A stretch of DNA of 64,000 bases, from the NCBI GenBank assembly GCA_937899865.1, contig CALBRH010000065.1, positions 1 to 64,000 of the forward strand, in the 5' to 3' direction. A model generated the notes under the pieces. That model searched no databases. It was not told the DNA's origin and saw nothing but the letters and a program-made list of their open reading frames with translations. The position numbers and the translations under genes are program-made. Origin of the DNA: an uncultured euryarchaeote. GTDB taxonomy: Archaea; Thermoplasmatota; Poseidoniia; Poseidoniales; Poseidoniaceae. Position 1 is the stretch's first letter. Each line of letters begins with the position of its first letter. Shown here one piece after another: positions 18,364-26,568 of the stretch.

Positions 18364-19560
18364 TTATGCCTTTTCTTGTTCTTTCTTTATCGCATTAATG
18401 GACTTTTCAGCAACTCCTAATATTGCGTTTTTGAGTGATGCGCGAAGTTGATTTAATTCGCCATAACAAATGATTACATCGTCATATCTTAATTGAACAT
18501 CTGGTTCAGGATTCCATAGTAACTTATTATCTCTTGATAATGCGAAAACTGGAATCTCGTAAGTTGATTTGAATAAATCAGCAATTTTGTTACCCACCAT
18601 CATAGGATGATTTCTAAGTTGCAGTGAAAGTACTCCAGAGCCCGGTACGGTACGAAGCAATTGATCCAAATCCACTTCAGAGAACGCGGTTTCACTCATT
18701 ACATAATCGATGATTGCTCCAGCGACGTTTACTCCACTTGCTTTTTCGATTCCTTCAAGTCCTGGAGATGAATTAACCTCCAAAACCAATGGCCCATTAT
18801 TGCTTTCAAGTAAGTCAACACCAGCAACATTCAGCCCTAATACCCTAGCCGCGCGACAGGCTTGTTCTTCAAATTCTTCACTAATTTCTACTTTCTCAAC
18901 AGTTCCGTTTAGATGGTAATTGCTACGAAATTCTCGTCCACGCGCTTTTCTTCTCATAGCAGCAACTACTCTGTCACCTACTACTAAGGCACGAATATCT
19001 TTACCGTGTGATTCAGCAATGTATTCCTGTACTAACACTGATTTTCCAGTTAATAGCAATCCCTGAATTAAGCTTCTTGATTCATGTACAGTATGTCTAA
19101 GGAATACTCCTTGACCTTGTGTGCCTTGGGTGACTTTGATCACTACTGGCAAACCTCCAACAAAATCAATTGCTGGTTCGACATCAATGATATCTCTAAC
19201 ATAAGTGGTTTTAGGAACTGGGATTTTATTTCTAGCTAATATCTGCGAAGCATGTAATTTATCTCTACTTTGAAGTATACCTTGGCCAGAGTTTGCAGTC
19301 CATATCCCTAATTGTTCCATGTGACGAAGAACAGCAACTCCATGCTTAGTAATAGAATGACCAATACGAGGAATTACAGCATCATGATTAAATGGCTCAC
19401 CCGCATAATGGATGTCTATTGCCCCATCATCGACGAACAGAGAGAACTTCATTGGGTCGGTTACCTCGACATCAATTCCACGGGTTTTAGCCTCTTGAAC
19501 TAGCCGTCGAGTACTGTAGAGCCTAGGGCCTCTTGACAGAACTGCTAGTTTTAGGTCCAT
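18364..19560 (-). CDS. rimK: RimK-family ATP-grasp alpha-L-glutamate ligase fused to a C-terminal TrkA_C (RCK_C) domain
   Basis: LSRGPRLYSTRRL, IPRIG, RDKLHASQIL, GTQGQGV, VQEYI, DIRALVVG, FRSN, EVNSSPGLEGIE. The C-terminal MVGNKIADL...NPEPDVQLRYDDVIICYG is TrkA_C-like. Confidence 0.88.
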   Translation of the reverse strand: MDLKLAVLSRGPRLYSTRRLVQEAKTRGIDVEVTDPMKFSLFVDDGAIDIHYAGEPFNHDAVIPRIGHSITKHGVAVLRHMEQLGIWTANSGQGILQSRDKLHASQILARNKIPVPKTTYVRDIIDVEPAIDFVGGLPVVIKVTQGTQGQGVFLRHTVHESRSLIQGLLLTGKSVLVQEYIAESHGKDIRALVVGDRVVAAMRRKARGREFRSNYHLNGTVEKVEISEEFEEQACRAARVLGLNVAGVDLLESNNGPLVLEVNSSPGLEGIEKASGVNVAGAIIDYVMSETAFSEVDLDQLLRTVPGSGVLSLQLRNHPMMVGNKIADLFKSTYEIPVFALSRDNKLLWNPEPDVQLRYDDVIICYGELNQLRASLKNAILGVAEKSINAIKKEQEKA

Positions 19561-19591
19561 GCGTAATGGTAAACCCTTTACTTTTTGATAT

Positions 19592-19620
19592 CATCGCTAT
19601 AATTGTTGATTATACGACAA
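19592..19620. promoter_or_regulatory. Overlapping divergent promoters / inverted repeat between rimK and the membrane protein gene
   Basis: CATCGCTATAA-TTGTTGA-TTATACGACAA, with TATAAT on both strands. Confidence 0.45.
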
Positions 19621-19633
19621 TAGAGTCTTTGAA

Positions 19634-20764
19634 GTGCTAATTCAACTTCCGCAGTTCATGTCCGAGCAAGAGGTACCTTCTGAGGATGAGCAAATTGAAG
19701 AAATTGCGTCTTCTAATTCTGAATCAGAAGAGACCCATGAAGACAATTCTGTTGAGACATTAAAATCACTGCAAGAATCACTAAAAAAGTCACGTTGGAA
19801 TGTCTTTATGTTTCTCGGTCTTGCGTTCTTGATGTTTGCCTTTGCACTATTTCCAATGCCGATGGATGCTGACTTTGAATATGGTACGGCAGAAAAAGAT
19901 CTAGGATTTGTATGGGGGCCTTCACTAGGTGGAGAAGATTTCATGGATGTGCCCTATGAAGTTTCAGTAAAAGTCAATCAATTACCATCAACCACCGGAA
20001 ATATTACGTTACAAGTTTTCGTTTTAAAAATCGATGATTGTACGAACCCTGAAGTAGCAAGTGAAGCAGAATCTAAAGCGCAATCAGGCGGAAATCATGA
20101 CTATCAATATCAGTATATTTCTTCACCCGTTGAAGGCAAGACATATACATTTGATTTTGATTTAGACATGGGTCAATATTGTCTTAATGCTAAAGCAGTT
20201 GGACAGGGTGGAACAATTGTCGATCCTAGTCGAACTGATTTGGTAGTAACTGGTAAATTATGGCCTAACCAAGTCATTGCAGGCGTTCCAGGATTGGTAT
20301 TCTTAGGATTGTCAACCTTTGCATTTGTTGGGGCTCAGAAAATTGGTAAGAAAGTAAAAGCTATCTTAGAAGATGAAAAAGTTACTGAAGAACAATTAGT
20401 TTTGGAAGAGGCCAGGAGGCAGAAAATAGTCGCTGGTCCTGGCGGCCCTCCAAAGCCTGTAGCAGGGCCAGGCGGCCCACCACCTGCAGTTGCAGGTCCA
20501 ACGGGTGCGCCGCCAACTCAAACTACTTCAGGCCCAGCAAATGTTGCAGATAGCCCTACCGAGTCAGTTAGATCTGGCCCTCCACCTACAACCTCAACAG
20601 TAGTTGAGCCACAAGTTGCAGAATCTCCACCTCAACAAGATGATGGCTCGACATTTGAAGATGCAGGTAATGGCTACTTCTATCGAAAGATGGCTGACGG
20701 CACATATGAACAGCAAATCTACATTAAAGACGCATCAGGACAATATGTAATATATCAAGCGTGA
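19634..20764 (+). CDS. Two-TM membrane protein with Pro/Gly-rich cytoplasmic linker and C-terminal aromatic module
   Basis: TMs VFMFLGLAFLMFAFALF and VPGLVFLGLSTFAFVG, GPGGPP repeats, C-terminal DAGNGYFYRKMADG. Alternative start ATG 19658. Confidence 0.75.
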   Translation: MLIQLPQFMSEQEVPSEDEQIEEIASSNSESEETHEDNSVETLKSLQESLKKSRWNVFMFLGLAFLMFAFALFPMPMDADFEYGTAEKDLGFVWGPSLGGEDFMDVPYEVSVKVNQLPSTTGNITLQVFVLKIDDCTNPEVASEAESKAQSGGNHDYQYQYISSPVEGKTYTFDFDLDMGQYCLNAKAVGQGGTIVDPSRTDLVVTGKLWPNQVIAGVPGLVFLGLSTFAFVGAQKIGKKVKAILEDEKVTEEQLVLEEARRQKIVAGPGGPPKPVAGPGGPPPAVAGPTGAPPTQTTSGPANVADSPTESVRSGPPPTTSTVVEPQVAESPPQQDDGSTFEDAGNGYFYRKMADGTYEQQIYIKDASGQYVIYQA

Positions 20765-20845
20765 ATGTTATTCAAGTGGTATTCAATTAGACATTTGATG
20801 AAACAAAACATGAGATGATTGAAAGGGTAAAACGATAACGGGCAT

Positions 20846-23014
20846 GTGGTGAAGAGATTGTCTGACGACTTGAAATCTAGTCTAACAGCAGCCAAACTCA
20901 AAGCCCTTTGTGTACTCAACGATTTGCCGACTAGTGGCAATAAATCGGACCTTGTATCACGATTATTGGATTCTGGCTTATCAAGAACTGAGTTAGGAAT
21001 TGAGGTTGAATCCGTAGTAGAGAAAGCCGTTGATGCGACTTTTGAAGAAGAAGTAATTCAGCCATCACTGTCCTTAGAAGATGAAGATACTTTGACACCA
21101 GAAGTAGAACCAGAAGTGGTACAGCCCGTGGCTGAAGCAATTATTGAACAAGCAGATGACGATGTTCTTGATGCAGAGGTACTCGATGCTGAGTTTGTCA
21201 GTTTAGAAGAAGAGGTAAAAGCGCCTAAATCTCCAGAAACGGAAGTGACATCAAAGAAAACAAGTAGTGATGCTAAAACATTATTGGAAATGGTAAAACA
21301 ACCAAAAATTGCTGCTGCATTTGTCGTGATTTTAATTCTTGGCGCCGGCACATGGTATTACTTCAATAATCAACTTGAACCATTTACTGCAGACACATTA
21401 CGTTATGGCGACGAGATGACTTATACGATTTCGGATGGCGATTTTATGGCGAGTGAAGGTTTTCTAGATTTAGTACTCGACCAAATCGAGACTGAAGAGG
21501 ACATCTGTAAACTACGTCTATTATTCGATGGTATTGGTGAAGTTTCCATCACCGAAGGAGATAGTAGTCAATTAGTTTCGCAATCATCATTGGATAGGAT
21601 GGGTGCGATTAGTGCCAAAGGTGGCCAAGGCATGGATTGGCTAACTGTTGAATCTGTTTCAGAGTATGATTTTAGTGCATTTACCATCCAAAGACATCTA
21701 AGGTCTAGTATACCTGGTTCTGATGCTTGTTCAGATTTCCCTGCAAGTGTAAGTGGCACTGCAGATTTAACATCAACACAGTGGACTGAACTAAGAGATA
21801 GGGCCTCTATCGGTACAGCTGTTGATTGGAACCTAAATGTTGAAGACACCTACCAAGGGAATCTGATGACTTTTGGAGTGGGCGGAATACTTGGTGATTT
21901 GGACACTTTGTCACCAGGATTTTCCATGCTTTTACAGCCTGTTGAACTTCAAGAATTACTCGCTAATGACTACATCGATGATGGAGCATCAGGATCTAGA
22001 TTAGGTTGGGATTGGCGTGTCCTTGGAACCGAGACTCTTGGCAGCACAGATATGTGGAAAATTGTTGCGACCAATCAAGATATCCAAGAGCTATGTTTAG
22101 GTTCTGCCAGTATGACTCTTTTAGTGGAAGAAGGTAATCCATGGGCTACCAAGCAAACAGTAAATGTCGTGATTTCAGGCAGTGACAGCAATCGACAGGG
22201 TTGTTCAACCACAACTAAATTACTCGGAGATTATGTTTTACCAGATGGTGAATTAACAATGAGCCACATTTTCCAAAAATCCTCTTTGACAAGAGGTTCC
22301 AAAGGTTTGGAATTTGGGCTCTCTTATGATGCAAGACCTCAAGCAAATGAATTGTCTCCAAGTGATAGTGATTTGAATGATTGGGGGCCTAATGGTGAGC
22401 ATATGCCAGATGAGTCATCATTTAGAACCTACAATCTTGAATCGGCCTTAGATTGTCTTGATTATCTTCAATCTTCAGCATCTGGTGCGGTAGCTGCTCT
22501 TGACGATGGAGGATATGTGTGGCGAGCAATAGACCAACAATTTGGTGAAAATACCCAATGGAATATTTCTTGGATAGCAACTGATGATATTGCAGGTTGG
22601 GTCACATTCAATATGACAGGCACACCGAGTCAAGAAAATTGTCAGTTTGATCAAAAAGGTAGTTATGATGAGACCGTATCTTATAATCGAGATTTTATTC
22701 CTAAAGTACTCAATATAAGTACAATAGAAGAATCCTTACTTGACTCATCTAGATTCCCCTCTCTAACTTCTAGTCAAGGAATATTCAGTAGTTCAGGAGC
22801 CTACCATCCAGAAACTAGAGTTGGCTATCTAGTAGTAGTACCAGGTAGCGGAATAAATTCAATACTTACCAATATAGGTGATGCTACCGAAGGTGCATGT
22901 ACTGTTGATATCTCCAGAGATTGGACAGATGATGGCTGGAATAAGCGATTCAACCTTATTGCTGATGCGACCGATGGTCGGATTATCGGTTGGAATTATG
23001 TAATGAATACTTGA
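20846..23014 (+). CDS. SAP/HeH-domain single-pass membrane protein
   Basis: LTAAKLKALCVLNDLPTSGNKSDLVSRL matches the SAP consensus. Then an acidic linker, a TM (IAAAFVVILILGAGTWYYF) and a large C-terminal domain. Confidence 0.8.
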   Translation: MVKRLSDDLKSSLTAAKLKALCVLNDLPTSGNKSDLVSRLLDSGLSRTELGIEVESVVEKAVDATFEEEVIQPSLSLEDEDTLTPEVEPEVVQPVAEAIIEQADDDVLDAEVLDAEFVSLEEEVKAPKSPETEVTSKKTSSDAKTLLEMVKQPKIAAAFVVILILGAGTWYYFNNQLEPFTADTLRYGDEMTYTISDGDFMASEGFLDLVLDQIETEEDICKLRLLFDGIGEVSITEGDSSQLVSQSSLDRMGAISAKGGQGMDWLTVESVSEYDFSAFTIQRHLRSSIPGSDACSDFPASVSGTADLTSTQWTELRDRASIGTAVDWNLNVEDTYQGNLMTFGVGGILGDLDTLSPGFSMLLQPVELQELLANDYIDDGASGSRLGWDWRVLGTETLGSTDMWKIVATNQDIQELCLGSASMTLLVEEGNPWATKQTVNVVISGSDSNRQGCSTTTKLLGDYVLPDGELTMSHIFQKSSLTRGSKGLEFGLSYDARPQANELSPSDSDLNDWGPNGEHMPDESSFRTYNLESALDCLDYLQSSASGAVAALDDGGYVWRAIDQQFGENTQWNISWIATDDIAGWVTFNMTGTPSQENCQFDQKGSYDETVSYNRDFIPKVLNISTIEESLLDSSRFPSLTSSQGIFSSSGAYHPETRVGYLVVVPGSGINSILTNIGDATEGACTVDISRDWTDDGWNKRFNLIADATDGRIIGWNYVMNT

Positions 23015-23020
23015 CTACTT

Positions 23021-26000
23021 CTATTTCTTATCAAACATTGATAAATCGGGAGCAGATCTCACATCAGAATATTTTTCCTGTGATTGTTCATAACGATATT
23101 GTGGCACATTTTGCTCAAATAATTGCGCTGGTGGAGGGCTTGATGGAATGTTCTGTGACTTGTTTTGACGTAATCTAATTGCCAGCAGTAACAATACTAA
23201 AGCAGATAAAATCCCAATAATTACGTTCATCATATTTTCACTTAGAGCATCAACAATTTGGGAAACAGTAGATGGATCTTCTGCTTCTACAACTTCAGGA
23301 GGATGCCAAACGAAATACGTAATGTTCCATGTATATTCTGCTGAACCATATTCATCTATAGCAACTGCTTTTATTGTATATGGTCCAATAGTTCCATTAC
23401 CTGCACAAAGTAAACCGCCAAAGCCAAATTCAGTTGTTGTGCAATTATACGGGCCGTCTTCGAAACTACTATTGCGAGATAATAGTGTACTGTTTCTATA
23501 CCAGTATAATTCCAAGCCAATATTTTCAATTTCTTCATCGGTTAGATCAATAGTCATGCTGAGAGAAAGAGTATCTTTTGTCGCATTTATCGTTGAATTA
23601 ATTAGAGAAGAGAAGGCGATATAATCAAATCTATTCACTTCATCATCAACAAGTTCGTTACAATTGTCATCAATTGCATTCCATATTTCATCAGCATCGG
23701 GATTTATTGAGATATCATCATCATTACATTCCTCAAACCATCTGAAACCATCACCGTCTTCGTCTAGATCAGGTATACGAGGATTGGTATTCGTTTCTAG
23801 AACTTCAACTCCGTCGCTTAAACCATCACCATCCGTATCGAACATAGTTGGTTCACTACCAACTGTTAGTATCTCAAAACCATCTTCTAGGCCATCATCA
23901 TCTGTATCATTGTCTAAAGGATCGGTATTCATGGTGTAAAATTCGACAAGGTCTGGTAACTGGTCATTATCACGGTCAAGGTCAACGAAGTCCTCATCGA
24001 TTAGTTCATCACAATCATTGTCGATAGCATCGAGTAATTCTACTGCATTTGGATTGATTTGATCATTGGTATCATTACAGTCTTGGAACCAATAAAACCC
24101 ATCTAAATCAGTATCATTATCATAGAATAACGGATCTGATTGATACTGCAAAATTTCTTCACCATCATCGAGCATATCGCCATCAGTGTCTTGTAAATTG
24201 TAATCGGTTCCATAGACGTGGAACTCCTCATAATCATTCAAGGAATCAGCATCGCTATCAGTTTGGTTAAACCCTTCATCCCACAGGCCATCACAATCAT
24301 CGTCAACATAGTTTAGAATCTCGGGAGCATTAGGGTAAATTTGGTCATTGGTGTCATTGCAATCTTGGAACCAATAGAAGCTATCAGAATCAGCGTCTGG
24401 GTCTGCAATCAACGGATTTGTATAGTGTATATCTACTTCAGCTCCGTCAAGTAAACCATCATCATCAGTATCATTGTCTAGTGGGTCAGTGCCATTTACC
24501 AAAATCTCACGACCATCTTCCAAATCATCGTCATCAGTATCTATCGATAGAGGATCTGTGCCGTAAATGTTAATCTCTTCTCCATCATTGATTTGGTCAT
24601 CATCAGTGTCAATATCATCAGGGTCAGTACCGTAGATTGTAACTTCATCATTATTGGTTAGTCCATCTCCGTCACGGTCAGTGTTCAATTCAGTCCCATA
24701 GATGTTTAATTCCCAATCAAGTAGTGTACCAGTATCGCCATTACCTTGGTCTTCAATCGATAGTGTCCATTCGCCAAAACTATCCTCATCCCAATGATGA
24801 ACCGAAGTAAACATCCAATTATTCCAATCATTACCATTATCCTCGTGCTTTTCCGATAGGATACTCTGAGTTCCTGCTGGGCTTGTAAGTATGATTTCTA
24901 AGTCGCCACGATAAGAGTGGTCAATATCGACAATGACTTCAACATGCTCAATTTTGATAGAGTCGGGAACTTGAGTTGTTTCAGTAATTCCCGGTGCTGA
25001 GTTATCAGGTATTTGTCGATCAGCGATATCAATTAATCCGGATTGATAATTAATCACAGGTTCAACATTGACCCAAGTTTCAGCCAAATCAACTGCTGCA
25101 CTAGCATCAATCACTCCAAAGCCATATTTGTGGCTGACATCATGTCCAGCACCATTGACATTCCATGAACTATCGCCGGCATCATTCTTTCTCGCACTAT
25201 TAGCAATGATATGCTCAACATCTCGATAAGTTAAGTTAGGATTGGCTTCTAGGATTAACGCAATAACGCCAGAAACTAATGGAGTAGCAGATGAAGTACC
25301 ACCAAAGTCGTCATTATAGTCTCCATTATTATAGCCGCCACCGCCTTCAATATCAGTGGTTGTAATGCCTTCACCATTACCGTCAGAGGGTGCAGCTACC
25401 AATATGTTAGCACCCGGTTCTGCATACCAAGATTGCACTCCATAATGAGTCACTGCAGTAACAGCAATTGTATTTCGACTATTGGCGTATCCGTCGTAAT
25501 TTGAATTATCATCGTCATCAAGACCGTTACCTGCAGCCCAAGTGATGATATTTCCAAGCCCACCTCTACCTTGTGCTACATCATCTTCAAAGGCAGCAAG
25601 CATCAATGGACCAGGTGCTTCCACGGTTTTGCCATTATCACTTGGACCCCAAGAGTTTGAATAGATGTCAATATTTTGGCGCTCGTGTGATAAAGAGTTA
25701 CTTTCTCTAACATCGGTTGTACTACATGCGATTAGTAACAGACCAGCAAGACCTGCTCTTGGTGCAGCACCAGAAACTCCAATGGTATTGTTTCCTGCAG
25801 CAGCAGCAACTCCTGCAGCAGAAGTGCCATGGCCGTCATAGTAACTCGGAGTGGGGTCTCCATCGTTGTTACAGTAATCATAATCTAGAGTATCTTCGTA
25901 GTAATTATCTAAATCAGCATGATTCCAATCCACACCATCATCTACGATTCCAATAACTACGCCATTGCCGCGATAGTCATCCCATGCAGTAGTAATGTTT

Positions 26001-26476
26001 GCATCCTCTCCCGCATTACCACCAGTTTGCCCAGTATTCTGCAAATGCCATTGGTCACCAAATTTTGCATCATTTGGAATCCACTTTTTTGACATTGTCT
26101 TAGCGATTAGCGGATATGCTACCTCGATTTTCCCCTCATATTGTAATATGGCTAAATCCCTAGCACCATTGTCAAAATCTGCATCAATAATGTATGTATT
26201 CAACAGATGAGGAGTAGGAGTTCCAATCATATTTGGACTAACTACGACCCATTGTTCAACAGATTTTTTTTCCTCAAGGGAATATTGAGTAAGATCACTG
26301 GTTCTAGCAAAAGCGGCTCTTATCGCGGGAGAAAATTCGTAGGTCAGGGGTGCATCTTCAGGGTTGTCTGATAATACAGCACCAAACCCGTAATCAATAT
26401 TTGAACTTACATCGGCACTTACCATCGGAGCAAGTAGTGTCGTTAGTAAAATTACAACGATACCTCTCGCAGCCAT
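23021..26476 (-). CDS. Kexin/furin-like S8 protease with P domain, TSP3-like and CNDxNDxIxPxAxExxxxxDDxC repeats, and a C-terminal TM
   Basis: IVDDG, GHGTSAAG, SNSWGP, AAGNG, GGTSSATP; P domain EHVEVIVDIDHSYRGDLEIILTSPAG. Confidence 0.9.
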   Translation of the reverse strand: MAARGIVVILLTTLLAPMVSADVSSNIDYGFGAVLSDNPEDAPLTYEFSPAIRAAFARTSDLTQYSLEEKKSVEQWVVVSPNMIGTPTPHLLNTYIIDADFDNGARDLAILQYEGKIEVAYPLIAKTMSKKWIPNDAKFGDQWHLQNTGQTGGNAGEDANITTAWDDYRGNGVVIGIVDDGVDWNHADLDNYYEDTLDYDYCNNDGDPTPSYYDGHGTSAAGVAAAAGNNTIGVSGAAPRAGLAGLLLIACSTTDVRESNSLSHERQNIDIYSNSWGPSDNGKTVEAPGPLMLAAFEDDVAQGRGGLGNIITWAAGNGLDDDDNSNYDGYANSRNTIAVTAVTHYGVQSWYAEPGANILVAAPSDGNGEGITTTDIEGGGGYNNGDYNDDFGGTSSATPLVSGVIALILEANPNLTYRDVEHIIANSARKNDAGDSSWNVNGAGHDVSHKYGFGVIDASAAVDLAETWVNVEPVINYQSGLIDIADRQIPDNSAPGITETTQVPDSIKIEHVEVIVDIDHSYRGDLEIILTSPAGTQSILSEKHEDNGNDWNNWMFTSVHHWDEDSFGEWTLSIEDQGNGDTGTLLDWELNIYGTELNTDRDGDGLTNNDEVTIYGTDPDDIDTDDDQINDGEEINIYGTDPLSIDTDDDDLEDGREILVNGTDPLDNDTDDDGLLDGAEVDIHYTNPLIADPDADSDSFYWFQDCNDTNDQIYPNAPEILNYVDDDCDGLWDEGFNQTDSDADSLNDYEEFHVYGTDYNLQDTDGDMLDDGEEILQYQSDPLFYDNDTDLDGFYWFQDCNDTNDQINPNAVELLDAIDNDCDELIDEDFVDLDRDNDQLPDLVEFYTMNTDPLDNDTDDDGLEDGFEILTVGSEPTMFDTDGDGLSDGVEVLETNTNPRIPDLDEDGDGFRWFEECNDDDISINPDADEIWNAIDDNCNELVDDEVNRFDYIAFSSLINSTINATKDTLSLSMTIDLTDEEIENIGLELYWYRNSTLLSRNSSFEDGPYNCTTTEFGFGGLLCAGNGTIGPYTIKAVAIDEYGSAEYTWNITYFVWHPPEVVEAEDPSTVSQIVDALSENMMNVIIGILSALVLLLLAIRLRQNKSQNIPSSPPPAQLFEQNVPQYRYEQSQEKYSDVRSAPDLSMFDKK
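23640..24690 (-). repeat. Intragenic tandem acidic repeats (TSP3-like alternating with Cys-containing metal-binding-like units)
   Basis: Protein repeats DTDDDxLxDGxE and FYWFQDCNDTNDQI. DNA near-duplicates around 24081 and 24362 (tcttggaaccaata). Confidence 0.8.
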
Positions 26477-26568
26477 GATTAATCCTCATTTTAGATATCT
26501 ATTATCAGTATTGGTGTGCTGATTAAGTAATAATCACTTAACTTATGTCTTAAACAGTTGTTTCAGAT

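Noticed and set aside
23640-24690. Possible CRISPR-like repeats here and at 59950-60680
   Set aside because: They are in-frame protein repeats (TSP3-like), degenerate at DNA level, with no cas genes.
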